Shown here in pieces: positions 25,671-40,300 of a stretch of 64,000 nucleotides of DNA. Within the stretch, counting starts at the first letter, position 1, and each line of letters starts with the position of its first letter. The stretch comes from Bilabrum cf. latius. Lineage: Eukaryota. Below the pieces are notes generated by a model. That model ran no database searches and was not told the DNA's origin. It saw nothing but the letters and a program-made list of their open reading frames with translations. The position numbers and the translations under genes were made by a program. The stretch is from contig OZ237753.1 of assembly GCA_965178125.1 (NCBI GenBank), forward strand, positions 124,001 to 188,000, read 5' to 3'.

Positions 25671-26000
25671 TGATACCAGAGTGTACGCGCAACCTAGTCT
25701 CGTTAACAATCAGACATGGCAAGACCTGACAAAGCTGTGCCCGTGCGCGACCCTTGACCGGACCGACCGGGGCTGGGAAGAGCACGTGCACTACTCCGCC
25801 GAGGAGGAGGCGGTTGGGAGGGTGGGCAAAAATTACCCAATCTCCGCCCCTCTCCTGAACACAGAGAGGGTATGCGCGTCATCGCAAGCAATCCGTCGGC
25901 TTGGTCGCACCTTCCCGGTTTTGCGACCGCCATCAGAACCCAACGAGACATTCACGCGCTCCCACTCTGGCATCAACACCGAACCCCATCCGGCGTTAGG
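25671..26000 (+). repeat. Dispersed repeat R, copy 1 (~330 bp)
   Basis: Highly similar to 46871-47197 (gagtgtacgcgcaacctagtct..cagacatggcaagacctgacaaagctgtgc..aaccccatMcggcgt). Confidence 0.9.
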
Positions 26001-26299
26001 ATCACATCCACCACGATGGGGTCGAGTGGGGTTTGAGTATCTCGCCTGATGCCTGCTTGCGTCGATGGTCGGGACGTAGTCCACCAGTGGAACAGGGCGC
26101 CCTTCTTTACGATCATCATTGCGATGGATAGTACGTTGCAAGACTGTGGGGCCTAGCACGTTGGACAGTAGGCCATGTGCAGTGCGAGCAAGCCGGTGTG
26201 GATGAATCTGGGCGCGGTGGAGCCCTCCCCTGCGGCATCATCGTCGTTGGTGTCAGCTGATACCTGGCCGCGTGATTGGAGTAGCATGGCCGTTCAAAC

Positions 26300-27704
26300 G
26301 GTCCCTGAAACGCCAAACCTAGCCGCCGCCGATCCCTCCTTCATTCGTGATGTAGGGGTGAAAGTCGAAGCAAACGGGAGGGGGGCCACCTGGGGCATAC
26401 AGCAACCTACCAGCATGCCCGCACAGTTGTTGCCATGCGTGGCAGTGTGCGCCGGTCGCGTTGCAGAGGCTTGAAAACTTGAAGTGGGGGACGAGACTCG
26501 TGGAACGCAGGGCCGTCGTTGGGGGACTCAAGGCACAGGAGGAGAAAGCGTTGGACAGCGGATTGGATGAGGGGTGTAAATCTTCTATATCCTGAGTCAA
26601 TACACGCATTCCAATCAAGGCGCTTGGGTTCCTGCTCATCCTCGTGCTGTGCGGCGGTGTAGATGGCGGAATCCTCATTGTCTCGGTTGCGTTTCGAGCC
26701 GGCTTGCTGCTCGTGGTGCCCTTGGGGTGCACCCCTTGTCCGTCTCCACGCCCACGTCCACGTCTGCTATCGCCGCCACGTCTGCCCCTCTTTGTCTTCT
26801 GCCGCGGCCATGGCCGCCTGGTTGGTTTGGAACAGGTCTGGCCACATCCCTACGCGCATGACGAGGACAGCTTCGAAGGCGACGACGGCACGGTTCGTCT
26901 TGTTGCCGAAGTCGATGGCTCGCCTCGCTCTCTCCTCCCAAGCATCCAATAGCTGATTGAGATTGAGCATGAACAACCATGTGATGAGTGCATTGTCCAT
27001 TGGGATGCCGCTGCCGCCTGCCTTGCCCATGGTGCGCATGTCATCCTGGATGAGGGCCTTGTCGAAGGCGTAGTCACCATACGCTCGTGCTAAGGGGGCG
27101 TCGAGTTGCTGGAGCTTGTGCTAGGACAAGTGCCTCACTGTGTCCACCAGCGCGCAACAGCTTTGATGAAAGCGCTGCAGGTGCTTGTAGTATACTTTGT
27201 GGTACCCGGCTGGAGGAGTAGGGGTGCGTACGCCCTTATTGAGCGCCACGACCGGTAGCACATCCGTGTTTATGCCAGAGACTATCGATGGGGCGGTTGC
27301 GCTCCGCCGGACTGCAACGTATGTGAGCAGTAGAATCCAGAGATGGCAGCGTGCAGGGCCTGTGTGCCCATCCGTAGCTTAAATGCCCAGCGCGGTGCCA
27401 CAGCTCCGTACTGGAACCCCGGGTTGCCTGGGAGGCTCAAGGGTGTCGAGGACGTCAATGACGTTGAAATTGCCGATGGATCCGGGGGGGTTCAAAATCT
27501 CTCGGAACTTCATGAAGCATAACACGGGCAGGGTCAGCTGTTCGTCCGCAAACGTTCAGCTGATACTGGCGTGATCCTGTGATCGACCGGCGAGGTGTCA
27601 TTCCGGTTCGAGTCTACACTGGGGAAAGAGAGAGATCAGACTCTGCGCTACACAGGATTAGCAAAGAAATACAGAAGCAGCCTTAGGCAGTAGCGTACTT
27701 CTCT
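26300..27704 (-). mobile_element. Possible degenerate retroelement relic: repeat S followed by a broken gag-like frame
   Basis: Repeat S (27523-27704, minus) recurs at 51326-51634 and 52993-53120. The downstream minus-strand frame ..ALIQDDMRTMGKAGGSGIPMDNALITWLFMLNLNQLLDAWEE.. followed by RGRGRG is loosely gag-like, and the frames are disrupted. Confidence 0.3.
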
Positions 27705-28342
27705 GGCACGGCCGGAGTGGCTGAAGCGAATCAAGATGCGGCGATAGCAAGAGGGCACAATCACCGATGCACAGCTTCGTGCTGCAATGGCCGCGACAGC
27801 TACAGAGGATGGAAGATTAGCTCGCGATCGAGTCGATCAGGGTCTTGGCGGTTTCATGGAAAGTGAGAGACTACAGGCAGGCGTCGGAGACTATCTTGCC
27901 GCTGTATTTCCGATACTCCCGCTCCCGCTTATGCTGCGACATCCCCTCGGCAGATCCACGGCATGAAAACAGTTTCGGCCCGAGGAATCTGAGAGGAGAG
28001 CCTACGGTTGCTGACTCCCAAAATACAAAGAAACTGTCACTTGAAAACATGCATATCACAAAATCACCTCTGCGTAGAACCATGACCATCCAACAGTCAT
28101 GCCACCTCTGGAGCCAAGTGTTGCGCATGCAGTGCAGTGACCGTTACTTATGGACGAGTCACTGCAATCGTTGCATGGACACACAGGGTACTCCAGTGCG
28201 GCTTTGCTGCATTCAGGATGCGAGTGTCCCGCGGAGAACGACATGAATCGAGTCACCACACCACCTTTAATCCGTTCAAAAAACGGATCACTGGCAGTAC
28301 TAGTCTGGATTTCACAGGCTCTGCGAGGCGCTGCCAACCGTT

Positions 28343-31300
28343 TCACTTACCGGCTTGTTCATCATCGCGTGCAGCCGACAGCCCCTTGCTCATGGACCCC
28401 TTCCTCAGGAGCGGGTTGCGGCCGCTGTTTCGCTGGCCCAGGGAGTGGCTCGACGCTGCGGCCCTTCCGAACTCCTTCTTCTTGCCCCCACGAGCCATGC
28501 CCAGGCCCATGGGGTTCATGCCCATCGGACTCGACCCGCCAAGCTGACGAGATCTGGTAGCACCCACGCGCGGGGACGAGGCGCCCACGAAAGGAGACAC
28601 GCCGCTGGCCGCCGCCCGCACATTCTCCTTGGTCAGCCTGCCGTACTCCTTGGACATCTCCTCGTACGACAGCACGAACTCCTTGAACTGGCCCCTGAGG
28701 CGCACCCAGGAATGCCGGTCCAGGTTCTCCAGTTCCATCATGCCGCGCATGTTCTGCAGGAGCGCAGAGTCGCCGTCCGCGCCGCCGTCCTTGCCGGCCT
28801 TGCTGAGGTCCATGAGCGGGTTGGCGCTGTACTCGGCGTTGGACATGTCCACGTCGATCTTGCGGGCGGCCTTGCCCTCCTTGACCTTCTTGATGCTGGC
28901 CTGCTGCAGTCGACGGGCGCGGTCCTTGGCCGTCACCAGCATGTACAGCTCCAGCCCGAAGACCGTGAAGTAGTACGTGATGGACGACATGATGATGAGC
29001 ATGAGGATGATGGTGATGGCGTCCCGCTGGTCCTGGTAGCCCTCCTGGTCGAAGCGCCCTGACTCGAGCATGATGCCGCCCAGCGTCACGAGGATGGCGC
29101 AGAACAGCAGCACCGTCTCCACGGTGTTCCAGTTCATCACGTTGCTGCCCATCACGCCCATCACGTCCTTGGGATCCACGGCGGCTGCGTTGATGCGCGT
29201 GCTGCTGAGGCTGTTCTGGGACCTCTGGTTGGCGTTGTCCTGCCTCTTGTCCTGCGTGCGGATCGTGTCCCACAGCGAGTAGTACAGCTCAGGGGACCGA
29301 GCGCACATGATGAAGGCGGCAGAGCCCGTGGACTGCAGGCAGCCCGCGCACCCGTTCTGTTGGGCGCGCGCCATGGACCCGGTGCTGGCCATGCCGGTGG
29401 TGTCCAGCAGCTCATCGCGGCGGTTGGCCGAGTTCTGCGCGGCGGCCTTGTCGATGGCATCCGAGGAGCTGCGGTCCGCCTGGGCCTTGCGGAGACCCTC
29501 GTCCACGGACTTGCCGGCCCAGTCGATGAGCGTGTCCTGGTACTCGGCTGGGGGCATGTACGGGTTGTACTTGACCTGCAGCGTGTAGCACAGGAAGATG
29601 ACCAGCAGCGTGGCGGCCATCTGGAAGGACGCGTTGGTGTTGAACATGAGCGAGCAGAAGGCGATGAGGGCCTTGCGCGCGATGATGGTCATGACCCACC
29701 AGTAGTACTCGGGCTTGAAGTAGTAGTACAGACGCTGGAACTTGACACGGAATGCTGCGGCCTGCTTGATGGCCTCGGGATCGGATGACACGAACGTGTA
29801 TCCGTGTCCCTGGGCCCTCCTGAGCTGGTCCAGCATGATGGTCTCCTTGTTGACCACCAGCATAAAGGCCACCCACGCGGGGAAGCCGAACGTGTACACG
29901 ATCAGCGCGATCACGGCGAAGGGCATGAGCTGCAGTTGCACGCCGCCCTTCTGTCCGCAAGGCTCGAACACGGCCTGCAGGTACTTTTGTCCGTCTGGCG
30001 GTGTGGTGGGTACGCAGTTGAACACGTCCAGGATGGTCTTGGTCTCGTGCAGGTACAGGAAGTACAGCAGCACGATCAGGCCAGCCACCAGAGGAGCGTA
30101 CCGCTGCCCCTTGGGGTCCTTCTGCATGTTGGTGAAGAGCGCGTACAGCCAGAAAGCCGCGAAGGCCACCATGCCCATGGCGATGACGGCCAGAGGCAGC
30201 AGCACAATGAAGTACCACTTGGTCTAGAAGGCCAGCTCGGGCACAGTGCACTCGGGGGCCGTGATCTCGAGGTTGAGGTTGAAGGCGGACAGGATGTGGA
30301 ACAGGTCCTTGAGCATGGGGGGCCAGCTCACGCGGGCGTTGGCGAAGATGGCCAGCACCTGGAAGTAGTCCACACCAATGGCGATCAGCGCGATGTTGAT
30401 CTTGCTGCGGTTCAGCCACAGGCCCACGCATCCGGCCGTCATGGCCATCAGCACAAACGCCACGATGAGGATCCACGGGTTGTCGGGGCACTTGACGCAC
30501 TCCCCCGCGCGCCTGTAGAAGCCCGTGTCGCAGCTGGCGCACCTGTACATGGGCGCCTTGGAGGCATACCCTCGGGCGCAGAAGTTGTCGCCCACGCATG
30601 CCCACTGCGGCTCGCATGCCACGATGCACACGTCCCTGGGCCCGCCCTCGTGGATCGTGGGCTGATCCTCGTCCAGCGGGTGCCTGGGCGCCACCACCTG
30701 CCGGCCTGGCGGGCAGACCTGCAGCATGTTGAAGTTGGCGGAGTCGGACGAGTTGAGGTTGTAGAAGTTCTCCAAAGGCCTCGGCATGGTGTGCGTGTTG
30801 TTGAACTGGTCGTAGCCGTCGCACACGCCTCCCTCGGGGCAGGGCAGGCACATCTCGCCCTCCAGACCGAAGTAGTCCCGGTCGCACACCACCTGCACCA
30901 GCGGCGGCCTGGTGATGTCTGCGAAGCGGCGCTGGCCAGCCACCTGCACGGTGATGTTCTTGGGCCCCACTGTGTCTGCGTCCAGGTGGCACTCCAGTAC
31001 GGCCCGCTGGGTGGTGTCCCCGGTGAACTCGTCCAGCACCTCGGCCACGGAGCGCTGGGCTCCCTCGGGCAGAGCGCCCGGCATGAAGCACTCCCTTGCT
31101 CCGATGTGGATGCGGGACAGGCGCTCTGCCTCGCTCCAGCCCTCGGTGGATCCCGTGGGTCCGAAGTTCCTACCCTTGATGGTGATGGGGTGCCTGCCCT
31201 CCAGCTCGCGCACCTCCACGGTCTGCGGAGTCACGGACGTGATGAACGGCCTCGAGTAGTTGACCAACAGCACGTTGCTACGGATCTCCAGCACGTCCCC

Positions 31301-34300
31301 GTCAGTCACACGAGCAGACGGGTTCTGCTCAAAGTAAGACACAAACACATCCCGGTTGGTGCCCAGGCCCTCGGGGGTCACGAACACGATCTCGTCATCC
31401 TGGTGCCGCACGATGGTGGGCTGGCCCGGGCTCCACAGACTCCTGGACTCGCAGCCCTCGGCGCCCGTCACGGTCAGTTCCGACTGCGCCACGGCCGAGT
31501 CGGGGCCCAGCTGGGAGGTGCCATCCAGGCCTCGCGCCACGGAGAGGCAGGCACGGTAGAACTGCACCGCCATGCCGGCCGTGGGCAGCACGCCCTGCGG
31601 CAGGCTGCTGGTGCCCATGTCCAGCTCGCCGTCGCCCTCGGGGGTGTGCAGGGGCAAAGGCACGCTTCCCGCCACGAAGGTCTGTGCCGCTGACTGCAGC
31701 ACGTTGGGGTTGGTGATGGGCCCGCGGCCGAAGTTCCTGCCCTTGAGCACGAGCTGCGCTCCTCCCGCCGTGGGGATGTCAAACACGCTGTTGGGCAGCG
31801 CCTCGATCGAGTCGATCTCCGGGTCGTTGTACTGGAACGCCACACCCTCGATGCCTGCCTGCACACCCCTGAGCTTGGGCCCTTGCATGGCGCCCTCGGG
31901 CTGCTGTCCACGCACACGCAGGGTGATGTCGCGCATGCCCACGCCTGGAGGCATCAACAGCCGCACACTGTCATGGGTCCAGCTCAGCACGTGCCCGTGC
32001 CATACCTCGCCCTCGCCGTACACAGTCTCCGAGTGGTCGCACACCAGGTTCCGCAGGCGAGTCCCCAGCGGCGCCGCGCTCTCCTCAGCGTCCCTGTTAG
32101 GCCACGTCACAAAGGCGCAGGAGGTGTCGTTATCTCTGGTTCCAAAGTTCTCGCCATCCAGCTCGACCTCGTAGAAGCCCGCCGCAGGTCCACGGCGCAC
32201 CGTCACCTGCGTGGTGCCGTCCTCGGCCTGCACCACCTCCTGACTGGCAGTGGCGGCGAACACAGTGGCGCCGGAGATGGAGGGCTTCATGTACGCGAAG
32301 GCGTCCTGCAGCGGCTCCGACCGCACGCCTGCCACGCTGACCACTGCATCCAGACGAGCACCGGTGCCCTCAGCCAGAGTGCACTCCATCTCGTCGTAGG
32401 CGGGGCGGTTGGCGGGCGCGGGGATGCGCACGGGGTCGGAGCAGTTGAGCATGCCTGGCGCGCTCGTGTCGGTGATCTCCTGCTCGGCGGCACGTTCCTG
32501 GGAGAGAGGGCTGTCACGGCCGATGTGCACGGCCAGCTGAGCCACCACCCCAGTGTCCACCTGCAGCGGACTGGGCCCGCCGAAGTTGGTGCCGCGCACC
32601 AGCACGCGCACACCGCCGCGGGTGGGTCCCCTGGGCAGTCCGTTGAGGGTCACGCTCTGGATGGCGGGAGGCGTGTGGGAGTGCACCATGGGCTGCGAGT
32701 CCTGCCCGCCCACCGTCACGCGGAAGGCAAACGGCATGCCTCCCAGGGCAGGGTCCGTGCCATCGCCCTCGCCCTGGGGCACACGCAGCTCCAGCATGGT
32801 GTGCGAGCGGCTGCGGCGGGCGGGGTCCTGGGTCGTGTGTCTGCACGCGGATGTCTCATCCTGGTACTGCTCGCCCATCTCGAACATGTTGCCGAAGCCG
32901 AGGCGCACCTGGGGGCACAGCCCGAAGTTCTCACCCACGATGCGCATGATGGCCCCTCGAGTAGGTGTGTAAACCACGCCGTCCGCTGGAGTGAACACCT
33001 CGTCGGGCTGTCCTGATGGGTTGGCCGACGTGTCGTGCCAGACCTGTACCTCTGTGATGGACGGAGGCGCGTACGAGATGTACTGCGGACCAGACACGAT
33101 GCCATCGCTGCCGGCCGAGAAGCGCTGCACCACCACAGGCACCTGCGAGCCGTCGTTCACGAACTCGCCGCGGGGTCCAGCCGGCATCACGCAGGCGATG
33201 TCCCACTGCATGCCTCCATTGTCCGCGTCAATGAGCGAGTTGTAGCTCGGATTGGCATCCACCTGGGCCTGCAGGATCACAGTGGGGAAGTCGGCATCGG
33301 ACACGGTCTGCGACGGGTCGGAGGGTAGCACCAGTGGGCACGGCTGTCCGCCCACGTCCACCTGGATGCTCTGTGCCTGCCCGATGCGGGCCACCTTGAG
33401 CTCGAGGATCTCCCCTCCCGCCGTGTTGAAGGCGTCGGCTCCCTGCAGACCTGCCACCTGAGGAGACACGTCGTAGTACTGGGCGGCAGGAGACGTCTGG
33501 CTCTTCTCCATGGCACCGTCGTATGAGAAGGAACCAACGTGAACCTTCGCGAACCCAGAGTCCACATCGGTCATGACCTCGATTACGGTGTCGGTCCAGT
33601 CCACCACCTGCACGCGGCCCGTATCTGCCGAGAAGTCCGCTGGCTCGTCCGAGGGCGCGATGAGCACCTTGCGCTCCACCTGGTCGTTGAGCTGCTGCGC
33701 CGAGGCACCAAAGTTGCGGCCGTACACGCGCAGCAGCTTGATGCCTTCCTGTCCGGGGAACAGCTCGGCCTGCTGGTTGGCGTACGGCCCCGTGGTGCCG
33801 ATGGGATCCAGCGAGAGGAAGTCGATCGAGGGGTTCTGGTAGGTGAACACCTTGGGGTCGGTCACCACCACAGACGCATTGATGGGTCCCTCGGTCACCA
33901 TGGTCGTGTAGGCCGACATGTCCACGGCGCTGCGGAGTGCCAGCTGGGGGAAGCCCGCGGGTGAGTTGACCAGCACCACCGCCCTGTCCTTGCCCACTCC
34001 AGAGGGCAGCGCGAACTTGACCGTTTGCACTGCGTCGCGGTCGTATCCGGCTGGGTACGTGGCATTGCCAGCCGCGGGCTCGAAGCGACCAGTACCAGAC
34101 ATGGGCTCCGTGGTTGCGATACCTGCAGTCATCGTGCCGTCAGCAGCGTGACCAAAGTTGACGGTCAGCGTGGATCGGCTGTCCGCGAATCCGAAGTGCT
34201 TGCCTGTCACCTTGACCATCTGGGGGCTCTCTTCGTCTTGCTGCGCGTGCCCAAAGGCAGGCGAGATTGACATGACCTCGGGCGCGGCATACGACACGGT

Positions 34301-37300
34301 GGACTGGGACTCGGGCGACTCTTGATCGGCCACAACAACCACGAACCGCATATCGGCCCCCACACCTGGGGGCACCCGTACCCTGATCCTCTGGTGGTCC
34401 GTCATGATGCGGTACTCGGCCTCGGGTAGCACGTACTGGTGGGCCCCGTTGCCGAAGCGCACCTCCTGCAGCAGCTGATCATCTCCCGACGGCCCGAAGT
34501 TGCGGCCCACGAGCTCCACGTAGTCTCCACCCTCGGGGCTCAGCTGGCTGTCCTGAGGCATGGCGGGCATGGAGTCCACCGAGATCGGCTCGCCACTCAC
34601 CGTGGCAGGGAACAGCCCAGCCCCGTTGAAGCGCTCGATCGAGTCGATCACGGGCAGGGCATACGCAGTCACCGGGTCTCTGGAAGTCAGCCCAGCCACC
34701 ACCATGGTCCACTTGAGGTCGGCACCGCCACCCACGGCCAGCTCGCACCGGATCCGCTTGTGATCCACCACCATGCTGCAGCTGCTGCCATCCACGGCGA
34801 ATGTCCTGATCTCGGGGTCGATGGCATTGCCGCTCTCGTCGAAGCGGGCCATGACCAGTCTGTACGAGATGGCCACGTGGTCGTCCATCACGGGGCCGAA
34901 GTTGTCGCCGTAGATCTCGATGAGGTCCCCACCCTCCGTGCGACCTTGCTTCACCGCATCGATGTTCTCGGCATCCGCCACGTCGTCAAAGCCTGCAATG
35001 GTGGGGGCAGAGTAGCTCGAGTTAGCCTCAAAGATAGCCTCGGTCATCTGCCCGCCCACGCGCAGGGCCCAAGAGTAGCCCGCACCGCGGCCCGGGATGA
35101 GTCGGCAGTTGACGCGGCTGACACCGTGCCTGGCCGGGTCACGTACCACCTCGCATGCCCCCGTGGCCTCGTCCTGGTCCATCTCGTACAGGCCGCTGCC
35201 CGCCGGAAAGTCGCTCTCCAGCCCGAACTGCACCAACTCGATGGCGTTCATGGCCACAGGTCCGAAGTGCTCGCCGTCGATCTCCACAAGATCGCCTCCA
35301 GAGGTGGAGGCCTCCTTGGCACCTGGCCCGAACACACGGGTGATCACCGGTGGCAGGTAGCTCAGCTGCCCCGAGGAGGGACTGCTCTCCAGGTCGAATG
35401 TGGTGGACACCTGCCCGGGCATCACCACCTTGAGGCGGTGGTTCCGGCCCACACCAGCCCCGGTGGTGCACGTCAGCCTCGTGTGCTCCGATCCGACGTC
35501 CTTGGTGCACGTCACATCGCTCACGTACTCGTGATCACCAATGACAGTCACCAGCCCGGGGATGGTGCTGGGCCTGGTGCCATACGACACGCGGGGCACA
35601 AGCGCTCTGGAGCTGATGTCGGTCATGGGCCCGAAGTTGCGACCCTCCACCACGATGGTCTCGCCGCCCGCAGCGTCCATCGAGTCCAAGCCGCGAATGG
35701 ATCCCGCTGGCACGCTCACACTCGTCACCTCAGGAGCGGCGTACTCGATCTGGTCCGCAGCAGCCACCTCTGACACAGTCCCGCCCACGCGCACGTACAG
35801 GCTCAGTCCCTGACCGTACCCCTCGCCCGTTCTAACTCTCAGCTCATCATAGCCTACGCCATAGACTTGCACGGTCGCCACGAATGGCAGGTCATCGAAC
35901 ACAATCTCTTCATCTGCATCAGTCGATGGCAGGTCGGACTAGAAGCCGTACCTGACCTGCACCAGATTCAGGTCCATCCCTTCGAAGCCCAAGTTGGTGC
36001 CAGTCAGGATGATCGTCTCACCGCCTGCCGTGCTCATGGGCCGCGTGTTGACGAGATCGTTCGGACCGGCGATGGAGGTCACGACAGGTGCTCCATACCC
36101 AGAGAGTACAGGCTCCAGGAAGCGAACCTTCTCTCCCCGCATGATCACGTGCCATCGGAAGTTTGAGCCCACGCCTGGAGGCACCTAGCACGTCATGTAG
36201 TCGAGGTCGTTGCCATCGTCGTCCATATCGCCCGACTTTTTCACTTTGCAGTCGGTTGCATTGTAGGACAAGTATGGCGCCGATGTCTGGCTGTACCACA
36301 CGCTCAAGTCAGTAGTGTCCACGAGGTTCAGCCCAATCAGCCTCACACCCTGCACGAAGCCCCCGGATGTACCCCTAGTCAGCATCTGCCGGAATGAGTA
36401 CTCCTCTTCCTCCCGCACCTGGTCGTTGCACTGGCCGTCGCACACCTGTACAGCAGTCAGCAGCGGAGTCGAAGCCAGGTCGCGAGCGGTGAGGGCGGAT
36501 GCGATGATGACCATCTACTTGCCCACGGTGGGAGTCGACACGCGCCCATCATCCGCCGCCAGCTCGACCTCGTACACGCCCCTCACTAGCCTGCCCTCGT
36601 ACTCGATGGGGTACATGGGGTCGTCTTCCTGGGGGGCTGTGTGGTAGGTCAGGTCTACCTTGAACTCAAGTTGCTTGGTGCCGGTGGGGTCATTGGTGTC
36701 AGGCGTGTCCCGGAGATCGAAGACGATCTCGTTCGGTGGCAGTGCTTCGCGAGTCTCAGATGTGTCGGTGAGGAAGTTTCCATCCACGAAGTCAGGTAAG
36801 CGAGTGACCGACACGACGCTATAGTCGACCTAGTCGTTGTCCTCGTCTTCCTGTTCCAGTACGGCGATGGGAAAACCGGCAAGGGCGTCAGATTCACCGA
36901 TCACATGAACCGTATCCGGGACGACGGGTGGATCGTTAACGTTGTTGAGAGTCACATTGATTGTCCTGCCATCATCCAGCCCCTCTGGATCCGCCACGGT
37001 CACGAACAGCAGGTGCTCCTGCTTCTCCTCGTAGTTGAGGCCCTCTTTGGCCACCGACAGCTGGCCCGATGATTCGCCGATCGTGAAGAAGCCGTCGTCG
37101 TTGCCAGCCAGGATAGACCAGGTGAAATCAGTGTCATCGTCTGGGTCGGTAGCAGTGAATGGCCCCGGCAGCACGTTGGTGCCCACTGCAGAGTTCTCGT
37201 CCACGGTGACCATCACGGGATCCATCTGGTCCATGACGGGCGGGTCGTTGCGGTCCATCACCTTGATGACCACGTCAACCTCGCTAGTAGCGATGTCCTT

Positions 37301-40300
37301 GCCGTCAGTCTTGCCCACCACAGTGATCACGTACTGAGTCTTGACATTGTAGTCCAGGATGCCATTCGCCACCTTGATCTGGCCATCACACAATCCAATT
37401 TTGAACACTGGCAAGAAGCTTCCGCTTCCGTCCTTGGTCTGCCCATCGTTGTTCCCTTCCGGCTTGATGTACCATAGAATCACTTGGTCCTGGCCTAGTG
37501 GTGTTCCCTGGATGGGGCTGCCCACCATTGTGCCGGGAATGACGCGCTCCTCCACCTCCAGCGCATCGTCAAGGTCAGGGATGGTCGGGGGCAACGGATC
37601 GCACTTGATAGCCTCGCCAGAAAAGCCGCCATCCGAGTCGCAGGGTCTCCACTCTTCCGAATCCGCAGCTGTACGGTAGCCAGTTGCGCACTTGAACTCA
37701 CAGAACTCACCAGTCACGATTCCATCGCACTGCGTGCCGTCCTTGCAGTCGGTGTGCACCGTGAAATCGTCGATCTCCACGCCGTCGCCCTGCGCCGCAA
37801 TGCCCTGCATGCCGAAGGTGAGCAATATTGTGCGGGATGGATCGCTAAACGTGGAAACAAGCTCGTCACCGCAGTACACCTTGATGTTGGTGCGGTCCTG
37901 CACGGCTCTGATGAGTTGGGGCTCCTCCGTGTCGTCCGTTGGGATGCTGCAGTCCTTTGTAAATTCGACCTCGTTCTCCGTGTACATATACCTGCGCTCC
38001 GTGGCATCGTACCCATACTTCCAGTAGGTCATGTGGTGCCTGTCCTCGCCGCCCTCGAGGCTGACAGCGTACCCGCTCGTGAGGGAAGTGGTCTTGCGGA
38101 GCAGCAGCTGCGCCCTCGTCCCCTCAGGTACGATGAACTTGGCCTCGACATTGAGCTTGCGGCCGGACGTGTGCCGGTACGTCTGCGCGCTGCCCATGGC
38201 AACGAGGTAGTCGAAGTCAGCAATGGGCTTAGCGATTGTGGACGACCCAGAGGGGCAATCCTCACCACCACTACTACTACTATTCAGTACTTTGTGAACG
38301 AGGCGCCCATTCTCGAGCTTCCAAACGTCTTTCACCTCGGGTGAGGACAGAGGTTGTACTGGTACAGGCTGAAGCATTGGAAACCACGAGGGACCCTCGT
38401 TACTCTCCAAATCATTTAAGTCGTCCCCGAAGCCCATGTAGTTGTGCACGCGCCTGCAGGATCCGGTATTCTCTGGCATGCCCAGTCTGGGGCAGTTCCG
38501 TCCGCACCGCCCCAGCCCGCTACCCCAGGTGCCAGTAGCTACGTTACCATATGTGTACCAATACTCGCGTGAGTAGCTGAATTGGAATCCTTGGATGATT
38601 TCTTTGTTTCCGTTGCAGTACATCAAACAGGCAGAGTTTTGGGTTAGTGGCAGCGTGTAGGTCCAGCTGGGGCTCCGGTCGCCGCATCCGGATCGGCTCA
38701 ATCGGTTCTGGTAGTCGGGCAGCCAGCTAGTTGGGACCAGCTGGCTCACGGCTCGTAACACCGGACGCTTGTACTTGTCCTTAAGATGAGCACTGATCCG
38801 CTGCATGGTGGTGGTGTTCATGGGCTTGTCGGCAGGGGACGTGTACACGAGGTACTCGAGCATGTAACTGAGGCTGCTCTTCGGCCTGATCTCGCTCTGC
38901 GGAGGAGGATTCATGTAATTTTAGAAGGAGGAACCAGTCTTATCGTCAAAGCCACTCACATGCAATCCATTTATCAAAGCATGAGGCAAACTAGCAATGT
39001 CCGTGGCAAGCTCACCCAGTACGGCATCCCGTTGACGGTGCGCCCTTGCACCTCCCCATAGTCCCTGCCAATGCGGAGGCGGCTGGCTGCGAGAGCAAGG
39101 AATCAAGGAGACAAGGGCAGCACGCATGGGCTGCACAGGCTAGCATATTTGCAACGATGGCTCAAATATTGCTCACCAGTAGAGTAGACGGCTCCGGTGA
39201 AGTTTCTCAGGCTCGAATACGATGCCGACACGCCTTGGAACGTCTGTTGGTTCCTAGTGCCCGAGGCAGGGCTCTCGGTGATGTCGTCGTTCAGGCCCAC
39301 GTGGAACTGGTGCTCTGTTCCGACCTTCTTGGTCCAGCCGGCCATCACCATTGGCAGCTCGTCACGCCAACCGCTGTACGAGTAGAAAGCGAAGTTGTAC
39401 GGCAGCTCCTGCTTCTTGAGCGACGCCTGCGCCTGCGAATTGGCTGAGCCAGCGGTTCCGGACCGGCCCATGAATCCCAGCACGGGGCGATTGTAGGCTA
39501 GTGTAAAATATCGGTAGTAGTACTGGGTCGTGGTGCCGTCCCAGCCGAGGTTCCAGCCGTTGCGGACGCGCTGGCCATAGCTCCTGACGATGCGGCCTGC
39601 GACACAGAACGTGCGAATCATGATACGCGGAGAGCATATGTTGATGCCATATCGACCTTTACAATCAAGCGTAAACATAACACTGCAGCTTTCGCGGTTT
39701 ATTATGACATACACGAGTGCAACAGGCGGTTGGTATTAAGGAGACAGAGTCTGATTCGTTGTTGACGTCAAATGAGATGATAAGCGTCTGTGCGATGAGG
39801 ATGGCCTCTGTTCTCGTGGCTGCATGCCAACGAGCACGCCTCGGTACTCTCCGTTCCAGCCGAGGTTCAGCGGACCCTGCGATGGTGGCGACATGCCCTG
39901 CTGCACCAGGATGGCCGCTCGTTCCCGCGACAGCACGATCCCGAACGCGATCCAGTGATGTTCACGGACGCATCGCTGCATGGATGGGGTGGCTACTTGG
40001 TCTGGCCCTCAGGTGCCACGTAGGCCATCTACGGCACGTGGCCGGATTCTACCTGCCTACTGTCCAACGACATCTCGGCTCTCGAACTCGGATGCATTGA
40101 GATCCTGTGTGATCATTGGAAGAACGAACTGCGGGGACATGTGTTGCTTGTGCGGTGTGACAACTCCGCCTCTGTGCATTGTTTGCGTCGTGGGTTTTGT
40201 CGTAGTGTCCGCATGGCTCGCATCCTCGCTGACCTGTTCACCACCCTCTGCTCCCACGACGTGTAGGTTTGGAGCCGGCACATACCAGGGTTAGAGAACA

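Noticed and set aside
27560-27640. tRNA-like GGTTCGAGTC (possible suppressor tRNA or SINE B-box)
   Set aside because: I could not build a cloverleaf or a CUA anticodon arm, and the motif is altered in the 53 kb copy of repeat S.
12000-36000. Long antisense and alternate-frame ORFs over the giant genes (e.g. 13178-14665, 29804-31693, 17768-19147)
   Set aside because: Shadow ORFs expected from high GC3 codon bias; no recognisable domains.
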